A DNA stretch of 52,430 nucleotides from Candidatus Hodarchaeum mangrovi (GTDB lineage Archaea; Asgardarchaeota; Heimdallarchaeia; Hodarchaeales; Hodarchaeaceae). Below the pieces are notes generated by a model. That model was not told the DNA's origin and ran no database searches. It saw only the letters and a list, made by a program, of their open reading frames with translations. The translations under genes and the position numbers were made by a program. Shown piece by piece: positions 46,417 through 52,430 of this stretch. Numbering within the stretch: position 1 is the stretch's first letter; each line of letters starts with the position of its first letter. The stretch spans positions 1 to 52,430 of the forward strand of contig JAEOUE010000138.1 in assembly GCA_016839515.1 (NCBI GenBank), written 5' to 3'.

Positions 46417-48885
46417 TTATAATCCTCTGTGAGTCTTAAAGTAGTAGAAAGCACCAGCTCCTCCAGCAGCAACAACAACCACTATAGCAACCAAAAATAT
46501 AAAGGAAAGATCAATTGCTCCAGAAGGAAATTCAGACGGTATTATTTCTTCGAATAGAAAATCAGAACTTTTTGTTTCTCCTGTGAGACGTTCTGGATTC
46601 CAAATTTGAACATCAGTCAAATTAAACGTCAAAGGGTTAACTGAAAGCGCTTTAATATCAATTTCTAATGTACAATTAGCAAATTCACCGCCTCCGAGAT
46701 CAGTTCTTTGAATATCTGCATACAAATATGATGTAGGAGAAACAGTAAGAACTAACAAGTTGATCCATTCATATGTTTCAGTAGAACCAGATGTTTCAGA
46801 ATTAAAAACTTTAATATTTCCCAAGTTACCTCCATTTATGTTTATTCCCATGAATGTTGCATTCAAGTCACCAACACTTGTGTAATTACCCTTTAAATAT
46901 AGAGTTATGTTATAGAGTCGGCCCTGATTCATTGATAACGGGATACCTAACACTTGATCATTATCTGTTGTAAAGTCATCATTTATGTTAGATTGTCCGT
47001 TTCCAGAAACTACAGGAAGATTGGAAATAATTGTTCCTGTACCAAGGTATGTTCTTGCCATGATATCATCATGGAGAGGGTAGTAATTTAGAGGATGACT
47101 TAAAGTAAAAATTAAGTTTGCAGAAAAAGATGAAATGGATCCGCTTAGGTTTACAGCGTTACTTGGTCTAACGACAATAATTGGAATTTCCTTTGGCCTA
47201 CTAGGCATAAATTCTAAGATTTCAGTATTGTTTACGGCATAAGCTATCCATGTATCAGGAGCTGATTCTCTATTTCCCATGGCAACACTTGTAATGCCTT
47301 CTGAAATTAATTCATTATATTTAGCAACTGTTTGAAATTGATAGGTAATTGATTCATTTTTGTGGTCAAAAGTTGATACATTCACCCGATTAATGCGGTT
47401 AAATAGTACAAGTGATTCAGGAATTTGGAATGCGATTACACTCTTTTGATTCATTCCCAATGATAGGGAAGAGGACAATGTTTGGACTGGTACAACATGG
47501 AACATTATTACATCACTCAATGTATAGGGATCTAGGGCGTAATTTCCAGCAGGAACATATATCCAATTTATTCCTGACAATCCAGGGTCATATAAATTAC
47601 CTGATTCACGATAGAAGTCTCCTTGATCTGCAATATAAACCCAAGGGGTTTCAGGAATACCACTTTCTGCAAATATGTCAAAAGTGGGACTTAATCCTGT
47701 ATAGTTAATAGCCATCATTGATGGACTGTTTAAAGTAAAAACATATCGTGTCCCGCTTACAAGGGTTGTATTAACATTTAATTCTAAATCTGCAGTACCA
47801 GCAGTTACTGCAACATTTCGAAGATAAATCGTATATTCCTGATTTGTATAACCTTTAGAGTATAATACAAGAGTCAGTTTTGTATCTAGTACAGCTCGAA
47901 CTAACAGTCCATTTTCATTTAAAGACCCACTAATAACTTGAAAATTATCACCTAAAAGGAAGGGAACTGTTTGATTTGTTGATGGATCTAGATCGTTCGT
48001 AAATAAATAAATTCTATAATACTCTCCTTCAAGCAAAGGAAGCGAAAATTGACGTAAACTGAATCCAATTTTCTTATTGATATCTTCTGCTGTTAGTTCT
48101 TTATCAGGTAATGGACTAGGAATGTCTTGAACAATTTCAGATCCAAATGTACTATTCACTGGTATCGTTATACTTGACCGTGATCCCATTTTGTGAGGTG
48201 TTAATGATACAATCGTGTTACTATCTACCTCGAAAGTGAATCGTAGAGTCATTTCGTCAACTGGAAAGACAGGAATAGTTTCCTTCCATACACCTGTTAA
48301 AGGACTTCCAGGATAAGGGAAAATTGATGTCTCAAAGGTTAGAGTTCCCTCAGCGGAATCATCTTTGATGTCAACATCTAAATAAAATGGACTACTCGAA
48401 TTTATCATCCCAATATATTCAACACTGTCTTCTGCTAAGAATGTAAACTTATAATTCATGTGTAAACTTATTGGCATTAATTGCTTTGTACTATAGCTTG
48501 CCTCATCGTCAGTTGAAGTTCTTACTACACGAGACAATTCTTCATCTTCATAGAATGGATGTAATGAGTTACGAGAATCACTAGATTTTAAACTATTAGG
48601 TAAAAGTTGACCTGGGTCACGATTAGTGGTCAGAGTATTAAAAATACTTGACGAAGCGGATGAATACTGCAAAGTCGTTGGTAATCCTCGATAAGTTATA
48701 TCAGGAAAAACCGAACCAGGATTTATTATGTAATAATCCCAGTCATCAGGCATAGAACTAGGAGTAAAAGTATCCTGTTCTTCTGAAATATCAATTATTG
48801 GTGTTTGTGCCGAAATTTTAATAATAATAAAAGAAGAAAATATTGTTATAACAAATATGCAAAAAATAAGATTTTTAGATTTCAT
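46417..48885 (-). CDS. Large secreted type-I membrane/cell-surface protein
   Basis: Signal peptide, S/T/N-rich beta-strand body with many N-x-S/T sequons, C-terminal TM plus basic tail. Confidence 0.78.
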   Translation of the reverse strand: MKSKNLIFCIFVITIFSSFIIIKISAQTPIIDISEEQDTFTPSSMPDDWDYYIINPGSVFPDITYRGLPTTLQYSSASSSIFNTLTTNRDPGQLLPNSLKSSDSRNSLHPFYEDEELSRVVRTSTDDEASYSTKQLMPISLHMNYKFTFLAEDSVEYIGMINSSSPFYLDVDIKDDSAEGTLTFETSIFPYPGSPLTGVWKETIPVFPVDEMTLRFTFEVDSNTIVSLTPHKMGSRSSITIPVNSTFGSEIVQDIPSPLPDKELTAEDINKKIGFSLRQFSLPLLEGEYYRIYLFTNDLDPSTNQTVPFLLGDNFQVISGSLNENGLLVRAVLDTKLTLVLYSKGYTNQEYTIYLRNVAVTAGTADLELNVNTTLVSGTRYVFTLNSPSMMAINYTGLSPTFDIFAESGIPETPWVYIADQGDFYRESGNLYDPGLSGINWIYVPAGNYALDPYTLSDVIMFHVVPVQTLSSSLSLGMNQKSVIAFQIPESLVLFNRINRVNVSTFDHKNESITYQFQTVAKYNELISEGITSVAMGNRESAPDTWIAYAVNNTEILEFMPSRPKEIPIIVVRPSNAVNLSGSISSFSANLIFTLSHPLNYYPLHDDIMARTYLGTGTIISNLPVVSGNGQSNINDDFTTDNDQVLGIPLSMNQGRLYNITLYLKGNYTSVGDLNATFMGININGGNLGNIKVFNSETSGSTETYEWINLLVLTVSPTSYLYADIQRTDLGGGEFANCTLEIDIKALSVNPLTFNLTDVQIWNPERLTGETKSSDFLFEEIIPSEFPSGAIDLSFIFLVAIVVVVAAGGAGAFYYFKTHRGL

Positions 48886-49135
48886 CTTGTATCCTCATAC
48901 CATTATAAGAATTTTTTAAACAGGTAGATTTAGGACTCCTCTTTTATATAGCTTGAGAAATAAAATTGTAATTCTGGTCTCTGATCGATTTTTCTCAAAT
49001 TGCCCACTTAGAATATAGAATAATCAAAAATAAGTCTTGAATTAGAAACAATACTTCCTTCATGATAAAGTGGAATGACTCACTAAAAATGAAAATATTT
49101 CAATCATTTAGTAATGGGAATATTTCTCCTATATT

Positions 49136-50104
49136 TTATCTCGTTATTTTACCTGGTAAATAAAAATGATATCTTTTTCTAAATAATTTAGTCAATATCC
49201 ACCGATCTAAACGACGGGCATTTTGAAAAATAATCCAGATCTGTTTGTCCTCATCGTAATAGCTTTTAATTTCTCTATATGATAATGGTTTAACATTTAG
49301 TAAGGGATTTTGAGCTAGAAAATCATTCACAACCTTAATTATAACGGGAATAATGTCTTTTCGCTGTTCTTTGAAGAAATTAGCTATTAAATCGATAATA
49401 ACTAATCTTAGATCATAATATCGTCCAACAACATCCTCTAAAAACAGTGCTTTTAATACAAAACGCAAATATGTAGGTGCTGATCTCAAAAATAATACTG
49501 GTTCCATAGCATCAACCCCATTTATACGAAACAGTGGAGTTGAAGTGTCTAAATATGATAATTCTGATTTTAAAGTAATTTTAGGATCATTTGCATTATA
49601 TCCAATGATACTCCAATTTGAAATCTGGCCATCAATTCCGATTTTTAATCTTGTGTGCTTCTGGTTATTATAGAACCAAATTTTAGCTAATTTTTGAAGA
49701 ATTAGCAAAATAAAAATCCTTACTTCCTCATTCGTGGCAACATGGATAATTTTATTCCCAATTGAATTAGGATCTATTTTTTGTTGAGCGCAGTAAAGGC
49801 AAATCGGACCGTTATAGTGAGGTTTTAACCAATAGGCATCATAGGAAGGAACAGGAATGTCAAGGCGTGATAAGATTTCATTATATAACCGATAAGCTTT
49901 CACATGTCTTTTAACCTGTTGGATACTTTCAAATATAGGTAATCGTTTGTATGCAATACTTGGATTATCCTGAAACTCAAATACTAAGGAAATTTCTCCA
50001 TACCCTAAAATATTAATCGGAATTCTACTTTTATCAGGATTCAAGGTATCAATTGTGTTTTCGAACTTTCTAATAAGATTTTGATTAATATTCAAGCAGA
50101 ACAC
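49136..50104 (-). CDS. DUF6206-like protein with protein-kinase-like motifs
   Basis: LGYGEIS, AYKRLP, YC.Q, GIDGQISNW, YLDTSTP, RYYD.R.V..DL.AN..KE. Confidence 0.7.
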   Translation of the reverse strand: MFCLNINQNLIRKFENTIDTLNPDKSRIPINILGYGEISLVFEFQDNPSIAYKRLPIFESIQQVKRHVKAYRLYNEILSRLDIPVPSYDAYWLKPHYNGPICLYCAQQKIDPNSIGNKIIHVATNEEVRIFILLILQKLAKIWFYNNQKHTRLKIGIDGQISNWSIIGYNANDPKITLKSELSYLDTSTPLFRINGVDAMEPVLFLRSAPTYLRFVLKALFLEDVVGRYYDLRLVIIDLIANFFKEQRKDIIPVIIKVVNDFLAQNPLLNVKPLSYREIKSYYDEDKQIWIIFQNARRLDRWILTKLFRKRYHFYLPGKITR

Positions 50105-50162
50105 TTCACTAAGAACTTTTCATTTGAAATCAATTGAGCTTTTACAAACTTTGCTCCCACAA

Positions 50163-51950
50163 TTATCCAGATGAAGTTTTCTCAAAAGATTCTTTCCATA
50201 ATTGTTGCATCTCAATACTTGTCTTTAACAATTCCATCAAAGACCCTGAAGCATCAAGATGTCCATTCTTTAAAACTAATATTTGATCTGCTTTCGCAAG
50301 AACATTTTTTTTGTGGGAAACAACTAGAAAAGTTTTATTCAATTTTCTTTCAAATAATCTTTTCCATAATAATTCTTCTGTTTCAACATCTAATGCACTT
50401 GACAAATCATCTAATACAAGTAATTCCGCATTACTGAAAAGCATTCGTGCAGCAGCTAATCGTTGTTGTTGACCACCAGATAATTTTTTTCCTTTAGGGC
50501 CTACTAAGGTATCTAATCCATTTTCTAATTCTGTTAAATCCTCTTCAAAAACAGCTAATTCTAATATTTCAGATATTTTTTGATCCGTGATTTGAGATCC
50601 AAGCATTAAATTATCTCTTACAGAAGCTGAAAGTAGTATCGGAACTTGTGGGGTGTATGCAGAATGGGGGGGGACAAAAAAATCTGAAGGATGGTCTACC
50701 TGCACATCATTCCAGAAAATATTTCCCTGTGCAATTGGTAATAGACCTAATAAAGCTTTTATCAAGGTAGATTTTCCAGAACCTACACGTCCTGTGATCA
50801 CGGTTAGAGTACCTCTTATAATCTGAAAAGAAACATTCTCAATCCCATGACTTGTACCTGGATAAAGAAATGTCAAGTTTTTAACTAAAATGCTTTTTAA
50901 CTGATTGTTCTCTGTAATTTTCGGGACAATAATCTCTGGAAATGATTTTTTTAGGAAAAGTTCTTGGTCCTTGACTATATCATCACTTGGAATATTTTGT
51001 TCATCACTGACCATAAAAGTAATCATTCGTTGATAGGCTACTTTAGTTCTATGATATCTTGCTATTGATTCACCAATATAATTAATAAACGCGGTAATCC
51101 ATCCTAATAAATACTGAAATAATGCAAAATCACCGATATGAAATGTACCAGCAAGCATAGGTTCCCTAATAAGGATAAACATTATTCCAGTGGCTAAAAA
51201 AACAATAAAAGTACGTAAAGCCCTCAATAATCCACCAAAAAATTCATCATTAATTCCTGCTTTCGCTCGTTTATCATTGATCCCTTCAAATTGCTTTAAA
51301 ATATTCTCTTCTGCGGTATTTACCTGAATACTTTGAATAGAGGTAAATATTTCTCTTATCGTACTTGTAACTTCTCCAGTAGCCTTTCTATGTTCGTTGC
51401 GGTAATAAACAACTTTTTTACGCAATGAATTGACAAAAACTATTACAAAAATAAACGGAAGGAACACAAAAAAAGTGACTTGGACATTTATTTGAAGCAT
51501 TAAGAAAATAGCAATAATACCAAACAAAAAGAAATTCGAAAGATCAGCTATGGCAATTGGAAAATAAGCAGCTTCACTTGCGTCTTGACGAAAGCGTGAA
51601 ATAGCTTCTCCAGCTGCGAAAGCTGGAGGTAAAGCGCCATATTGACTGTACAATCCCTCCATCATATTTTTTCGTAATAAAAGACGATTGGCCAGGAAAA
51701 ATCTATTCTGTAAAATAACCCATGTGACATCAAAAAAGATTTGGAGAATATTATTGACAAAGAAAATGATTATCAAGATCCAAATATCTAAAGTAAAGAA
51801 ATTATTAGCTTCTAAGATGTTAAATATTTCGCGGACTAATAATGCTCCAAATAATGGGGTTATAAAAAACAAAAATGATTGTAACCAGACAAAAAAGTAA
51901 AGTTTTGGCATAAAGAGGATTTGCTTTTTCATATATTGAAGAAGATTCAA
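50163..51950 (-). CDS. ABC exporter half-transporter (TMD plus NBD)
   Basis: N-terminal TM helices; GRVGSGKS, LSGGQQQR, VLDDLSSALD (Walker B Glu replaced by Asp). Confidence 0.9.
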   Translation of the reverse strand: MNLLQYMKKQILFMPKLYFFVWLQSFLFFITPLFGALLVREIFNILEANNFFTLDIWILIIIFFVNNILQIFFDVTWVILQNRFFLANRLLLRKNMMEGLYSQYGALPPAFAAGEAISRFRQDASEAAYFPIAIADLSNFFLFGIIAIFLMLQINVQVTFFVFLPFIFVIVFVNSLRKKVVYYRNEHRKATGEVTSTIREIFTSIQSIQVNTAEENILKQFEGINDKRAKAGINDEFFGGLLRALRTFIVFLATGIMFILIREPMLAGTFHIGDFALFQYLLGWITAFINYIGESIARYHRTKVAYQRMITFMVSDEQNIPSDDIVKDQELFLKKSFPEIIVPKITENNQLKSILVKNLTFLYPGTSHGIENVSFQIIRGTLTVITGRVGSGKSTLIKALLGLLPIAQGNIFWNDVQVDHPSDFFVPPHSAYTPQVPILLSASVRDNLMLGSQITDQKISEILELAVFEEDLTELENGLDTLVGPKGKKLSGGQQQRLAAARMLFSNAELLVLDDLSSALDVETEELLWKRLFERKLNKTFLVVSHKKNVLAKADQILVLKNGHLDASGSLMELLKTSIEMQQLWKESFEKTSSG

Positions 51951-52430
51951 GCTAATACCTCCTGAAGCCCAGTTTTTAATAATTGAGAATATTTTGAATT
52001 AAGGTCTTGCTTTAATTCCTCACGAGCACCATATTCAACAATTTCACCCTTTTCAAGGAGGAGGATTTCATCAACCTCTTCTAAAGTACTTAATCGATGT
52101 GCAATTATTATGGAGGTTCGTTCTTTCAATAAACGAGAAACAGCTTGATCAATCAAATTTTCTGTTACAGGGTCTAACCGAGACGAAGCTTCATCTAATA
52201 TCACTATCTTAGGGTTTTTCAAGAATACACGTGTCAAAGCAATTAATTGTGCTTCCCCAGCTGAGAACCCAGATTCCCCACTCAATAATTCAGTATTTAA
52301 TCCTTCAGGAAGCTGGTTATACCATTCTGTCAGCTTTAATTCATGAATAATTTGAAGAATCTGAGTATCACTGATTTTAGGATTGAAAAAACTAATATTA
52401 TCCCGTAATGACGCTTTAAACAATTCAACC
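51947..52430 (-). CDS. ABC exporter half-transporter, C-terminal NBD (truncated by the window edge)
   Basis: FSAGEAQL, ILDEASSRLD, IAHRLST; ATGA overlap with the next gene. Confidence 0.88.
   Translation of the reverse strand, partial: VELFKASLRDNISFFNPKISDTQILQIIHELKLTEWYNQLPEGLNTELLSGESGFSAGEAQLIALTRVFLKNPKIVILDEASSRLDPVTENLIDQAVSRLLKERTSIIIAHRLSTLEEVDEILLLEKGEIVEYGAREELKQDLNSKYSQLLKTGLQEVLA

Noticed and set aside
319-51900. Short ORFs antisense to or nested in long genes (for example 319-507, 2139-2393, 10564-11070, 14426-14737, 26206-26613, 47412-47708, 51688-51900)
   Set aside because: Shadow frames of well-supported genes with no recognisable motifs.
1-52430. tRNA, rRNA or CRISPR array
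   Set aside because: Intergenic regions are AT-rich with no cloverleaf-like GC stems or regularly spaced repeats. Small ncRNAs cannot be excluded by eye.

Overview
AT-rich, gene-dense archaeal chromosome segment. An archaeal histone, a form III RuBisCO, a dehydrogenase-first HAD/ECH fusion, TATA/BRE promoters, TPR proteins and C-terminally anchored surface proteins point to an Asgard archaeon, probably Heimdallarchaeia/Hodarchaeales-like; this is inferred from gene content, not from a phylogeny. The most notable locus is a four-gene minus-strand operon at about 20.6-29.7 kb that resembles the Shango anti-phage system (TerB_N/TerB_C protein, DUF2791/BrxD-like ATPase, Lhr-like DEVH helicase) in an expanded form. 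It has two tandem paralogous helicases and an internally duplicated TerB_N region. The best ATG of the TerB gene is one base out of frame across a C5 run. A decayed methyltransferase lies downstream and a stand-alone MCM/RPA-like winged-helix gene upstream. Other notable items are an ABC importer with no substrate-binding protein bracketed by two DUF47/PhoU-like genes, an RNase D/Rrp6-like nuclease, an orphan M.MthZI/Zim-like methyltransferase, an M14 carboxypeptidase split by one in-frame TAG, an unlisted 39-codon ORF with its own promoter and terminator, and a kinase-like DUF6206 protein. I saw no rRNA, tRNA, CRISPR array, integrase or transposase. All family calls come from reading motifs by eye; no searches were run.
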